NCBI RefSeq assembly: GCF_009914755.1
Contig: NC_060946.1
DNA from: the human T2T-CHM13v2.0 reference genome, Homo sapiens
Length of the DNA: 64,000 bases
Direction: 5' to 3' (one strand)
Positions 17,001-29,800 of this stretch are shown here, in pieces. A program made the position numbers and the translations under genes. The notes below the pieces were generated by a model, which was not told where the DNA came from, did no database searches, and worked only from the letters and a program-made list of their open reading frames with translations. Position 1 is the first letter of the stretch. Each line of letters starts with the position of its first letter.

Positions 17001-17228
17001 AGAGCCCCTCCTGCATTCCGTCCTCACACGCAGGCCTGTCCATCTACTTGCTACTGTCACACTCTTGCCAGCAGAAGAGGCCCCTGTAATGGCCGATATC
17101 ACCACCCAGTCTATCCTCACCCCACAGCTGTGCAGCGGGAACCCCCTGCTGGCCCACGTGGCTGCCACAGCCCATGCTGGCACGACGCTCCAGCAGGTCG
17201 GCGTCCCTGCGGGCCAAACTACCGGTGA
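14100..17228 (+). CDS. CTD-like repeat protein, type B (1042 aa), unit 2
   Basis: Intact ORF with one extra in-frame 147-bp monomer (15754-15900) relative to type A and about 20 aa substitutions. Confidence 0.6.
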   Translation: MSAPKNGRVLSGSSYERSPSPDSPRSMRTSPSFPLSPLRNSGLRGSSSPGIRSYHSPSPRASPHSPLSSPESHKLPFPCPHRDGQSMKPLGSPVSSTEDSSESPRSSIIYHMFLLPSPSSSPQALGGSPVSPSYSPNNPRFQLQSAPHTQESPTNSRASLCSTPASFISSPQGLRDSPVAPSYSPAIPRFLRESAPCAQESPRDSQVSGDYERSPSPDSSRFMPASPSFSLSPPRNSDPRGSSSPGMWKSSTSSRRASPLSHPSSTEFHNFTFPIPNQAGQSLMSLCSPVTSSGDSSQSPHSSIIYHMFLLPSSSSSPPATHDSPVCPSYSPTTPRFQRESVPHTPETPTNSQTSVRSSPVSLTSSPPALTDPPVCPSYSPTTPTFQRGSVPGTQGSPPSPPLSLSYSPVSSTSLSPTLRDSPVCPSYSPNTPTLQRESVAGTQKSPPNSPISLRYSPVSLMSSPSLRDSPVCPSYSPTTPTFQLESVPGTPESPPNSPISLSYSSVSSTSLSPTLRDSPVCPSYSPTTPTLQRESVPGTQESPPNSPISLSYSSVSSTSLSPTLRDSPVCPSYSPTTPTLQRESVPGTQESPPNSPISLNYSPVSLVSSPALRDSPVCPSYSPTTPTFQLESVPGTPESPPNSPVSLSYSSVSLMSSPPALRDSPVCPSYSPTMPRFQRESVPGTHVSPPNSAVSLSYSPVSLMSSPPDPWDSPVCPSYSPTTPRFQRESASHTPESDTDSQTSLNSSLVSLRSLPSSHRDSCVSFSYSQNFSRFQLESVPGTHDTPPNSRISLTYSPVSLMFSPPALRDSSVSLSYSPTISRFHLESASHTLESPANSRTLLQPSPISFTSSPPAFRDSPGSPSFSPAFPRFLPQSAPGTQDNPRHSQASPDYLPMTCTYTGMAPTHSSVTPNPSPLTLRHSQGLTATPRYCPSVRSPGQSTSPHDAVTWPFLHGSQEGPTPSRTRAPPAFRPHTQACPSTCYCHTLASRRGPCNGRYHHPVYPHPTAVQREPPAGPRGCHSPCWHDAPAGRRPCGPNYR

Positions 17229-20200
17229 CATGTCTAGCGTGACCCTCCTTCCTGGCAGTGACACTGTTGATGTGAACCCCAATTTCACATCTGTCATTTG
17301 TAAATAGGACCATTTTCCCTTTTCGCTCTCCCTTCCATTCACAGGGCTTTTCATTCTCTCTGTTACTGCCTCCGTTTCAGATATTTACTCACCTTTTTCT
17401 CTCTCACTATGTCTGCCGTGGTCTCCATGAGAGTGCGCCACATAAGATTCCCCCATTAAAAGTCATGAATTGAGTGGCTTTTAGTATACCTGTGGTTGTG
17501 CACATTCAAATTTAATTCGCAATTCATTGTAGAACGTCTTATCACTCCCGGCCAGAGAAAAACCCTGTAGACATTAGTCACTCCTCATTCTGTCTCAAAC
17601 CCTCTCCCTGACCCGCAGCCCTAGGTAGCAACTACCTAGTGCGATCAATCCCATATGCATAGATTACCATATTGTGGACATTTCCTATAAGCGGAATTAC
17701 ACAATAGGTGAGCTGTTATGACTGACATAACACGTAGCACAATATTTTCAAGATTCGTCCACATTGTAGGCTTACCCACAGGGGGAAACCATTTTATTGG
17801 GGGCTTTTAGTAACACCGGTGTTTTCTCCTTCCTTACGTCCTTCTTTCCTTCCTTCCTTCCTTCCTTCCTGACTTCCTTCTTTCCTTCCCTCCTTCCTCC
17901 TATTTCTCTCTAACTCCTTCTGCCCTCTCTCTTTCCTATGCCTTAGGTGCATCCCACATTCTGCGTTTTTTTGGGGAAATCCTCGACAGGTGCAGGAAAA
18001 TTGTGTTATTGTAACTATTTACCGTTATCTCTCTTTCACGGCTCTCCATCAGTTGTGAACATCTATTGGTTTATCCCAAGTCACTAAGCATATTTTCATT
18101 AGGTAAACCTGTTTTTCCTTATACAGCTGTTTCTGGAGTATAGGGTCGCATACTCATAAACCCAGTGTAACTCAGAAACGCATCTAATATTCCAGTAAAC
18201 CCATCATAACGTTGAAAAATCGTAAATCAAACCATCATAAGTCACGGTTTGTCCGTGGATATGGGCGTCATCAATTCCATTGTATTCAGTAATGCTGTAC
18301 ACCATTAACAATGGCAGACTGATTGGGAGTGGATATTGATAGCATTATAAAAGTCAGTTATTAGAGGGATACTTCTTTAACCTGACTGAAGAACTGATCT
18401 AATGGCTTTAGTACAGTGCATGATTATGTGCGATGTTTTGAGACAGAGTAGTACATCTGTGAATGAAATTTTATGGCTTTTTTTTCACTTAGTAGGAACC
18501 ATTGTGTGTGGAAAAGTGAGAAAATGGCTTTATGCTGTAGGGTCTGGCATTCATTGTAGATGTAAGCTGATTTTTCTGTGAGCAAATCTTATTCAATAAA
18601 ATACTACTCTTTATACTAAAAAACAAAAACAGTGGTGATGTGTGGTCATTATCCTCAGCAAACTTATCCGGGGAAAGAAAACCAAACGCCACAACTCACT
18701 TATAATGGGAGCTGAAAAATGAGATCCCATGGACACAGGAAGGGGAAGAACACACACTGAGGCCTTCCGGGAGACAGAGCGTTAAGAAAAACAGCTACTG
18801 CATGCTGGGCCTAATACCTAGGTGATGGGTTGACAGGTGCAGCAAACCACCATGGCACACGTTTACCTTAGTAACAAATCTGCACATCCTGCACATATAC
18901 CCCAGAACTTAGGAACGAAACGAAACAAAAGACAACGAAAAAACAATAGCAAAACGCTAAAGGCAAAATAAAGTTTCAAACTGAGAAAGTGACAGACCAA
19001 CGTCTGGTTCAAATCATGGTTCTCAACCCAGGTGCCATAAGGTCGGGATAAAGGATGTGATTACATATTGTCAATAAGACATGCAGCAAATGACCAGAAT
19101 GATTATTCTCAACATATGTGTGTCTTCTAATTCAATGGTGACGCTATCTACCGGGACATAGCATTAGATTCCAAAGGGCCGAGTCCCGCCAGACAGGCCT
19201 CCCACACTAATAACAATGGGAAGCCCTACGTTGCTTTACCTGTGCTTCTCAGCCACTGGCTATAAATCAGGTTGCCACCACTCCCAGATTTAGTTGCATT
19301 CATTTGCTGGAAGAGCTCACAGCACGCAGGGAAACACTTACATCTGCCGTTGTATTTTAGCGGACATTGCACAAAGTTCAGAAATAAATGTGGGGCCCGG
19401 CACGTGGGGAGGGGCGCACTACCTTCCAGGAAGTGTTATCCGGAAGCTCTCTGAACCCAGTCCTTTTGGGTTTTGATGGAGACCTCATTCTATAGGCATG
19501 ATGGGTTAAACCATAGGCTATTGGTGATCAACTCCACCTGGGGCTCTCCACCCTCCCTGGAAATTGGGGTTGAGGTTTTGCCATTCTCAGTCTGACTAAA
19601 AGAATTTACCCAAACGGAATTTTAAAACAGATGAGCATAACTGGAATCTTAATTAGATGATTGGATTATCTGGAGCCACACCTTGATATTCCTAACCCGA
19701 GCACCCTCATCCAACGAATGCTCCACCCAACTGGCTCCCAAGTCTCTACGTGGTTCCAGAGCAAAAGGATGTTGATACAACGCATATCTCCACCTTTTCT
19801 TCAAAGTCTTTTCGCTTACACGGAAAGACTTCTTCAACTGCCATGCATCAGGGTCAGGGGGAGGTCTTGTTACAACCCAGATCTGCGGATCTCCGGCGTT
19901 TGACTGTGGCAAGGATGCTGCTGGTGTCAAAACCACAACGTGGGAACCACAGAACCACTAGTGGGTTTTCAGTGTTTCAGTGCATACAATTCCTAATATT
20001 TCTGGCCAAGAAAACTTGTAAGTTCTTAGATTGTCCCAAAGGTGGCGCATGAAATCAAAGCAGGAGAACAGTTTCCTACGAGGTGTAGCCTGGGAAAGTT
20101 GGGGGTGACTGATGGAAAGGAGGAGTGAAGCTCCGCCCTTTCCGCTGCTAGGCTGCGCCCGAGGCTATTTAAACCCACCCTGGCTGGCCTGTACTCAGAT

Positions 20201-20520
20201 CTTCGCGGAGCGGATCAGCGGCCGGAGCGTTTGGCGGACTCTGCGTGGACTTGGAGCTCACAGCGTCTTGCGACTTGGAAGCGGGTTCAGAGGACAGGAC
20301 AGAACACTTGGGCAAGTGAATCTCTGTCTGTCTGTCTGTCTGTCTCATTGGTTGGTTGATTTCCATTTTCTTAAGGGGCACATACCTCACACCGCACACA
20401 CACAAACACACACACGCACACACACACGCACACGCACACGCACACACACGCACACACACTCCTTCCTTCTGCGAGTTAGAACATTAGTAGGGGCCCCTGG
20501 GAGCTGCAGGTTTCCTAATC

Positions 20521-23502
20521 ATGTCTGCACCTAAGAACAGTAGGGTCTTGTCTGGCTCTTCTTATGAACGGTTCCCCAGCCCGGACTCCCCAAGGTCCAT
20601 GCGAGCCTCACCCAGCTTCTCCCTCTCCCCTCTCAGAAACTCAGGCTTAAGGGGAAGCTCCTCACCAGGGATCCGGAGCTACCATTCACCATCCCCTAGG
20701 GCTTCACCACACTCACCTCTGTCGTCACCAGAATCCCACAAGCTCCCATTTCCCTGTCCTCACCGTGATGGGCAATCAATGAAGCCATTGGGCTCTCCCG
20801 TGTCCTCTTCTGAGGATTCCTCAGAGTCCCCACGTTCATCAATAATATACCACATGTTCTTACTGCCATCACCCAGCAGCTCACCCCCAGCTCTCGGGGG
20901 GTCTCCTGTGTCTCCCAGCTACTCTCCAAACAACCCCAGATTTCAGCTGCGGTCAGCCCCCCACACCCAGGAATCACCTACAAACTCACGAGCCTCACTT
21001 TGCTCCACCCCCGTGTCTTTCATCTCTTCACCCCCAGGCCTCAGGGACTCTCCTGTGGCTCCCAGTTACTCTCCAGCCATCCCCAGGTTCCTGCGGGAGT
21101 CAGCCCCATGCGCCCAGGAGTCCCCCAGAGACTCACAGGTCTCGGGAGATTATGAGCGGTCCCCCAGCCCTGACTCCTCAAGATTCATGTCTGTCTCACC
21201 CAGCTTCTCCCTCTCCCCTCCCAGAAACTCAGACCCAAGGGGCAGCTCCTCACCAGGGATGTGGAAGTCCTCTACATCATCCCGCAGGGCTTCACCACTC
21301 TCACATCCGTCATCAACAGAATTCCACAACTTTACGTTTCCCTTTCCTAACCAAGCAGGACAGTCACTCATGTCATTGTGTTCTCCCGTGACCTCCTCTG
21401 GAGATTCTTCACAGTCACCTCATTCATCAATAATATACCATATGTTCTTACTGCCATCATCCAGCAGCTCACCCCCAGCCACCCATGACTCTCCTGTCTG
21501 TCCCAGCTACTCTCCAACTACGCCCAGATTTCAGCGGGAGTCTGTACCCCACACCACAGAAACACCTACAAACTCACAGACCTCAGTGAGATCCTCGCCA
21601 GTCTCTCTCACGTCTTCACCCCCAGCCCTTACGGACCCTCCAGTCTGTCCCAGCTACTCTCCAACCACGCCCACATTTCAGCGCGGGTCAGTTCCAGGAA
21701 CCCAGGGATCACCACCAAGCCCACCGCTTTCACTGAGTTACTCCCCAGTCTCTAGCACGTCTTTATCTCCAACCCTCAGGGACTCGCCTGTCTGTCCCAG
21801 CTACTCTCCAAACACGCCCACACTTCAGCGGGAGTCCGTTGCAGGCACCCAGAAGTCACCATCAAACTCACCAATTTCACTGCGTTACTCCCCAGTCTCT
21901 CTCATGTCTTCACCATCCCTCAGGGACTCTCCCGTCTGTCCCAGCTACTCTCCAACCACGCCCACATTTCAGCTGGAGTCAGTTCCAGGCACCCAGGAAT
22001 CACCACCAAACTCACCAATTTCACTCAGTTACTCCTCAGTCTCTAGCACGTCTTTATCTCCAACCCTCAGGGACTCTCCTGTGTGTCCCAGCTACTCTCC
22101 AACCACGCCCACACTTCAGCGGGAGTCAGTTCCAGGCACCCAGGAATCACCACCAAACTCACCAATTTCACTCAATTACTCTCCAGTCTCTCTCGTGTCT
22201 TCACCAGCCCTCAGGGACTCTCCTGTCTGTCCCAGCTACTCTCCAACCACGCCCACATTTCAGCTGGAGTCAGTTCCAGGCACCCCGGAGTCACCACCAA
22301 ACTCACCAGTTTCACTCAGTTACTCCCCGGTCTCTCTCATGTCTTCACCCCCAGCCCTCAGGGACTCTCCTGTGCGTCCCAGCTACTCTCCAACCATGCC
22401 CAGATTTCAGCGGGAGTCAGTTCCAGGCACCCATGTGTCATCACCAAACTCAGCAGTTTCACTGAGTTACTCCCCAGTCTCTCTCATGTCTTCACCCCCA
22501 GACCCCTGGGACTCTCCTGTCTGTCCCAGCTACTCTCCCACCACGCCCAGATTTCAGCGGGAGTCAGCCTCCCACACTCCGGAATCAGATACAGACTCAC
22601 AGACTTCACTGAGCTCCTCCCTGGTCTCTCTCAGGTCTTTGCCCTCATCCCACAGGGACTCTTGTGTCTCTTTCAGCTACTCTCAAAACTTCTCTAGATT
22701 CCAGCTGGAGTCAGTTCCAGGCACCCACGATACACCACCGAACTCACGAATTTCACTGACTTACTCCACTGTCTCCCTCATGTTCTCACCCCCAGCCCTC
22801 AGGGACTCTTCTGTCTCTCTCAGCTACTCTCCAACCATCTCCAGATTTCACCTGGAGTCAGCTTCCCACACCCTGGAATCACCTGCAAACTCACGGACCT
22901 TACTGCAACCATCCCCCATTTCTTTCACCTCTTCACCCCCTGCCTTCAGGGACTCTCCTGGGTCTCCCAGCTTCTCTCCAGCCTTCCCCAGATTTCTGCC
23001 ACAGTCAGCCCCAGGCACCCAGGACAACCCTAGACACTCACAGGCCTCACCAGACTATCTCCCTATGACCTGTACCTATACAGGGATGGCTCCCACGCAT
23101 CCCTCAGTGACCCCAAACCCATCTCAACTTACACTCAGGCACTCCCAGGGCCTGACAGCTACACCCCGTTATTGTCCTTCAGTTCGAAGCCCTGGCCAAT
23201 CTACTAGCCCACATGACGCAGTTACCTGGCCATTTCTCCACGGTTCCCGGGAGGGCCCCACACCCAGTCGCACAAGAGCCCCTCCTGCATTCCGTCCTCA
23301 CACGCAGGCCTGTCCATCTACTTGCTACTGTCACACTCTTGCCAGCAGAAGAGGCCCCTGTAATGGCCGATATCACCACCCAGTCTATCCTCACCCCACA
23401 GCTGTGCAGCGGGAACCCCCTGCTGGCCCACGTGGCTGCCACAGCCCATGCTGGCACGACGCTCCAGCAGGTCGGCGTCCCTGCGGGCCAAACTACCGGT
23501 GA
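20521..23502 (+). CDS. CTD-like repeat protein, type A (993 aa), unit 3
   Basis: Intact ORF; carries the LTYSTV variant shared with unit 7. Confidence 0.6.
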   Translation: MSAPKNSRVLSGSSYERFPSPDSPRSMRASPSFSLSPLRNSGLRGSSSPGIRSYHSPSPRASPHSPLSSPESHKLPFPCPHRDGQSMKPLGSPVSSSEDSSESPRSSIIYHMFLLPSPSSSPPALGGSPVSPSYSPNNPRFQLRSAPHTQESPTNSRASLCSTPVSFISSPPGLRDSPVAPSYSPAIPRFLRESAPCAQESPRDSQVSGDYERSPSPDSSRFMSVSPSFSLSPPRNSDPRGSSSPGMWKSSTSSRRASPLSHPSSTEFHNFTFPFPNQAGQSLMSLCSPVTSSGDSSQSPHSSIIYHMFLLPSSSSSPPATHDSPVCPSYSPTTPRFQRESVPHTTETPTNSQTSVRSSPVSLTSSPPALTDPPVCPSYSPTTPTFQRGSVPGTQGSPPSPPLSLSYSPVSSTSLSPTLRDSPVCPSYSPNTPTLQRESVAGTQKSPSNSPISLRYSPVSLMSSPSLRDSPVCPSYSPTTPTFQLESVPGTQESPPNSPISLSYSSVSSTSLSPTLRDSPVCPSYSPTTPTLQRESVPGTQESPPNSPISLNYSPVSLVSSPALRDSPVCPSYSPTTPTFQLESVPGTPESPPNSPVSLSYSPVSLMSSPPALRDSPVRPSYSPTMPRFQRESVPGTHVSSPNSAVSLSYSPVSLMSSPPDPWDSPVCPSYSPTTPRFQRESASHTPESDTDSQTSLSSSLVSLRSLPSSHRDSCVSFSYSQNFSRFQLESVPGTHDTPPNSRISLTYSTVSLMFSPPALRDSSVSLSYSPTISRFHLESASHTLESPANSRTLLQPSPISFTSSPPAFRDSPGSPSFSPAFPRFLPQSAPGTQDNPRHSQASPDYLPMTCTYTGMAPTHPSVTPNPSQLTLRHSQGLTATPRYCPSVRSPGQSTSPHDAVTWPFLHGSREGPTPSRTRAPPAFRPHTQACPSTCYCHTLASRRGPCNGRYHHPVYPHPTAVQREPPAGPRGCHSPCWHDAPAGRRPCGPNYR

Positions 23503-26500
23503 CATGTCTAGCGTGACCCTCCTTCCTGGCAGTGACACTGTTGATGTGAACCCCAATTTCACATCTGTCATTTGTAAATAGGACCATTTTCCCTTTTCGC
23601 TCTCCCTTCCATTCACAGGGCTTTTCATTCTCTCTGTTACTGCCTCCGTTTCAGATATTTACTCACCTTTTTCTCTCTCACTATGTCTGCCGTGGTCTCC
23701 ATGAGAGTGCGCCACATAAGATTCCCCCATTAAAAGTCATGAATTGAGTGGCTTTTAGTATACCTGTGGTTGTGCACATTCAAATTTAATTCGCAATTCA
23801 TTGTAGAACGTCTTATCACTCCCGGCCAGAGAAAAACCCTGTAGACATTAGTCACTCCTCATTCTGTCTCAAACCCTCTCCCTGACCCTCAGCCCTAGGT
23901 AGCAACTACCTAGTGCGATCAATCCCATATGCATAGATTATCATATTGTGGACATTTCCTATAAGCGGAATTACACAATAGGTGAGCTGTTATGACTGAC
24001 ATAACACGTAGCACAATATTTTCAAGATTCGTCCACATTGTAGGCTTACCCACAGGGGGAAACCATTTTATTGGGGGCTTTTAGTAACACCGGTGTTTTC
24101 TCCTTCCTTACATCCTTCTTTCCATCCTTCCTTCCTTCCTTCCTTCCTGACTTCCTTCTTTCCTTCCCTCCTTCCTCCTATTTCTCTCTTACTCCTTCTG
24201 CCCTCTCTCTTTCCTATGCCTTAGGTGCATCCCACATTCTGCGTTTTTTTGGGGGAAATCCTCGACAGGTGCAGGAAAATTGTGTTATTGTAACTATTTA
24301 CCGTTATCTCTCTTTCACGGCTCTCCATCAGTTGTGAACATCTATTGGTTTATCCCAAGTCACTAAGCATATTTTCATTAGGTAAACCTGTTTTTCCTTA
24401 TACAGATGTTTCTGGAGTATAGGGTCGCATACTCATAAACCCAGTGTAACTCAGAAACGCATCTAATATTCCAGTAAACCCATCATAACGTTGAAAAATC
24501 GTAAATCAAACCATCATAAGTCACGGTTTGTCCGTGGATATGGGCGTCATCAATTCCATTGTATTCAGTAATGCTGTACACCATTAACAATGGCAGACTG
24601 ATTGGGAGTGGATATTGATAGCATTATAAAAGTCAGTTATTAGAGGGATACTTCTTTAACCTGACTGAAGAACTGATCTAATGGCTTTAGTACAGTGCAT
24701 GATTATGTGCGATGTTTTGAGACAGAGTAGTACATTTGTGAATGAAATTTTATGGCTTTTTTTTCACTTAGTAGGAACCATTGTGTGTGGAAAAGTGAGA
24801 AAATGGCTTTATGCTGTAGGGTCTGGCATTCATTGTAGATGTAAGCTTATTTATCTGTGAGCAAATCTTATTCAATAAAATACTACTCTTTATACTAAAA
24901 AACAAAAACAGTGGTGATGTGTGGTCATTACCCTCAGCAAACTTATCCAGGGAAAAGAAAACCAAACGCCACAACTCACTTATAATGGGAGCTGAAAAAT
25001 GAGATCCCATGGACACAGGAAGGGGAACAACACACACTGGGGCCTTCCGGGAGACAGAGCGTTAAGAAAAACAGCTACTGCATGCTGGGCCTAATACCTA
25101 GGTGATGGGTTGACAGGTGCAGCAAACCACCATGGCACACGTTAACCTTAGTAACAAATCTGCACATCCTGCACATATACCCCAGAACTTAGGAACGAAA
25201 CGAAACAAAAGACAACGAAAAAGCAACAGCAAAACGCTAAAGGCAAAATAGAGTTTCAAACTGAGAAAGTGACAGACCAACGTCTGGTTCAAATCATGGT
25301 TCTCAACCCAGGTGCCATAAGGTCGGGATAAAGGATGTGGTTACATATTTTCAATAAGACATGCAGCAAATGACCAGAATGATTATTCTCAACATATGTG
25401 TGTCTTCTAATTCAATGGTGACGCTATCTACCGGGACATAGCATTAGATTCCAAAGGGCCGAGTCCCGCCAGACAGGCCTCCCACACTAATAACAATGGG
25501 AAGCCCTACGTTGCTTTACCTGTGCTTCTCAGCCACTGGCTATAAATCAGGTTGCCACCACTCCCAGATTTAGTTGCATTCATTTGCTGGAAGAGCTCAC
25601 AGCACGCAGGGAAACACTTACATTTGCCGTTGTATTTTAGCGGACATTGCACAAAGTTCAGAAAAAAATGTGGGGCCCGGCATGTGGGGAGGGGCGCACT
25701 ACCTTCCAGGAAGTGCTATCCAGAAGCTCTCTGAACCCAGTCCTTTTGGGTTTTGATGGAGACCTCATTCTATAGGCATGATGGGTTAAACCATAGGCTA
25801 TTGGTGATCAACTCCACCTGGGGCTCTCCACCCTCCCTGGAAATTGGGGTTGAGGCTTTGCCATCCTCAGTCTGACTAAAAGAATTTACCCAAACGGAAT
25901 TTTAAAACAGATGAGCATAACTGGAATCTTAATTAGATGATTGGATTATCTGGAGCCACACCTTGATATTCCTAACCCGAGCACCCTCATCCAACGAATG
26001 CTCCACCCAACTGGCTCCCAAGTCTCTACGTGGTTCCAGAGCAAAAGGATGTTGATACAACGCATATCTCCACCTTTTCTTCAAAGTCTTTTCGCTTACA
26101 CGGAAAGACTTCTTCAACTGCCATGCATCAGGGTCAGGGGGAGGTCTTGTTACAACCCAGATCTGCGGATCTCCGGCGTTTGACTGTGGCAAGGATGCTG
26201 CTGGTGTCAAAACCACAACGTGGGAACCACAGAACCACTAGTGGGTTTTCAGTGTTTCAGTGCATACAATTCCTAATATATCTGGCCAAGAAAACTTGTA
26301 AGTTCTTAGATTGTCCCAAAGGTGGCGCATGAAATCAAAGCAGGAGAACAGTTTCCTACGAGGTGTAGCCTGGGAAAGTTGGGGGTGACTGATGGAAAGG
26401 AGGAGTGAAGCTCCGCCCTTTCCGCTGCTAGGCTGCGCCCGAGGCTATTTAAACCCACCCTGGCTGGCCTGTACTCAGATCTTCGCGGAGCGGATCAGCG

Positions 26501-26804
26501 GCCGGAGCGTTTGGTGGACTCTGCGTGGACTTGGAGCTCACAGCGTCTTGCGACTTGGAAGCGGATTCAGAGGACAGGACAGAACACTTGGGCAAGTGAA
26601 TCTCTGTCTGTCTGTCTGTCTGTCTGTCTCATTGGTTGGTTGATTTCCATTTTCTTAAGGGGCACATACCTCACACCGCACACACACAAACACACACACG
26701 CACACACACACGCACACGCACACGCACACACACGCACACACACTCCTTCCTTCTGCGAGTTAGAACATTAGTAGGGGCCCCTGGGAGCTGCAGGTTTCCT
26801 AATC

Positions 26805-29800
26805 ATGTCTGCACCTAAGAACGGTAGGGTCTTGTCTGGCTCTTCTTATGAACGGTCCCCCAGCCCGGACTCCCCAAGGTCCATGCGAACCTCACCCAGC
26901 TTCCCCCTCTCCCCTCTCAGAAACTCAGGCTTAAGGGGAAGCTCCTCACCAGGGATCCGGAGCTACCATTCACCATCCCCTAGGGCTTCACCACACTCAC
27001 CTCTGTCATCACCAGAATCCCACAAGCTCCCATTTCCCTGTCCTCACCGTGATGGGCAATCAATGAAGCCATTGGGCTCTCCAGTGTCCTCCTCTGAGGA
27101 TTCCTCAGAGTCCCCACGTTCATCAATAATATACCACATGTTCTTACTGCCATCACCCAGCAGCTCACCCCAGGCTCTCGGGGGGTCTCCCGTGTCTCCC
27201 AGCTACTCTCCAAACAACCCCAGATTTCAGCTGCAGTCAGCCCCCCACACCCAGGAATCACCTACAAACTCACGAGCCTCACTTTGCTCCACCCCTGCGT
27301 CTTTCATCTCTTCACCCCAAGGCCTCAGGGACTCTCCTGTGGCTCCCAGTTACTCTCCAGCCATCCCCAGGTTCCTGCGGGAGTCAGCCCCATGCGCCCA
27401 GGAGTCCCCCAGAGACTCACAGGTCTCGGGAGATTATGAGCGGTCCCCCAGCCCTGACTCCTCAAGATTCATGCCTGCCTCACCCAGCTTCTCCCTCTCC
27501 CCTCCCAGAAACTCAGACCCAAGGGGCAGCTCCTCACCAGGGATGTGGAAGTCCTCTACATCATCCCGCAGGGCTTCACCACTCTCACATCCGTCATCAA
27601 CAGAATTCCACAACTTTACGTTTCCCATTCCTAACCAAGCAGGACAGTCACTCATGTCATTGTGTTCTCCCGTGACCTCCTCTGGAGATTCTTCACAGTC
27701 ACCTCATTCATCAATAATATACCATATGTTCTTACTGCCATCATCCAGCAGCTCACCCCCAGCCACCCATGACTCTCCTGTCTGTCCCAGCTACTCTCCA
27801 ACTACGCCCAGATTTCAGCGGGAGTCTGTACCCCACACCCCAGAAACACCTACAAACTCACAGACCTCAGTGAGATCCTCGCCAGTCTCTCTCACGTCTT
27901 CACCCCCAGCCCTTACGGACCCTCCAGTCTGTCCCAGCTACTCTCCAACCACGCCCACATTTCAGCGCGGGTCAGTTCCAGGAACCCAGGGATCACCACC
28001 AAGCCCACCGCTTTCACTGAGTTACTCCCCAGTCTCTAGCACGTCTTTATCTCCAACCCTCAGGGACTCGCCTGTCTGTCCCAGCTACTCTCCAAACACG
28101 CCCACACTTCAGCGGGAGTCCGTTGCAGGCACCCAGAAGTCACCACCAAACTCACCAATTTCACTGCGTTACTCCCCAGTCTCTCTCATGTCTTCACCAT
28201 CCCTCAGGGACTCTCCCGTCTGTCCCAGCTACTCTCCAACCACGCCCACATTTCAGCTGGAGTCAGTTCCAGGCACCCCGGAATCACCACCAAACTCACC
28301 AATTTCACTCAGTTACTCCTCAGTCTCTAGCACGTCTCTATCTCCAACCCTCAGGGACTCTCCTGTGTGTCCCAGCTACTCTCCAACCACGCCCACACTT
28401 CAGCGGGAGTCAGTTCCAGGCACCCAGGAATCACCACCAAACTCACCAATTTCACTCAGTTACTCCTCAGTCTCTAGCACGTCTTTATCTCCAACCCTCA
28501 GGGACTCTCCTGTGTGTCCCAGCTACTCTCCAACCACGCCCACACTTCAGCGGGAGTCAGTTCCAGGCACCCAGGAATCACCACCAAACTCACCAATTTC
28601 ACTCAATTACTCTCCAGTCTCTCTCGTGTCTTCACCAGCCCTCAGGGACTCTCCTGTCTGTCCCAGCTACTCTCCAACCACGCCCACATTTCAGCTGGAG
28701 TCAGTTCCAGGCACCCCGGAGTCACCACCAAACTCACCGGTTTCACTCAGTTACTCCTCGGTCTCTCTCATGTCTTCACCCCCAGCCCTCAGGGACTCTC
28801 CTGTGTGTCCCAGCTACTCTCCAACCATGCCCAGATTTCAGCGGGAGTCAGTTCCAGGCACCCATGTATCACCACCAAACTCAGCAGTTTCACTGAGTTA
28901 CTCCCCAGTCTCTCTCATGTCTTCACCCCCAGACCCCTGGGACTCTCCTGTCTGTCCCAGCTACTCTCCCACCACGCCCAGATTTCAGCGGGAGTCAGCC
29001 TCCCACACTCCGGAATCAGATACAGACTCACAGACCTCACTGAACTCCTCCCTGGTCTCTCTCAGGTCTTTGCCCTCATCCCACAGGGACTCTTGTGTCT
29101 CTTTCAGCTACTCTCAAAACTTCTCTAGATTCCAGCTGGAGTCAGTTCCAGGCACCCACGATACACCACCGAACTCACGAATTTCACTGACTTACTCCCC
29201 AGTCTCCCTCATGTTCTCACCCCCAGCCCTCAGGGACTCTTCTGTCTCTCTCAGCTACTCTCCAACCATCTCCAGATTTCACCTGGAGTCAGCTTCCCAC
29301 ACCCTGGAATCACCTGCAAACTCACGGACCTTACTGCAACCATCCCCCATTTCTTTCACCTCTTCACCCCCTGCCTTCAGGGACTCTCCTGGGTCTCCCA
29401 GCTTCTCTCCAGCCTTCCCCAGATTTCTGCCACAGTCAGCCCCAGGCACCCAGGACAACCCTAGACACTCACAGGCCTCACCAGACTATCTCCCTATGAC
29501 CTGTACCTATACAGGGATGGCTCCCACGCATAGCTCAGTGACCCCAAACCCATCTCCACTTACACTCAGGCACTCCCAGGGCCTGACAGCTACTCCCCGT
29601 TATTGTCCTTCAGTTCGAAGCCCTGGCCAATCTACTAGCCCACATGACGCAGTTACCTGGCCATTTCTCCACGGTTCCCAGGAGGGCCCCACACCCAGCC
29701 GCACAAGAGCCCCTCCTGCATTCCGTCCTCACACGCAGGCCTGTCCATCTACTTGCTACTGTCACACTCTTGCCAGCAGAAGAGGCCCCTGTAATGGCCG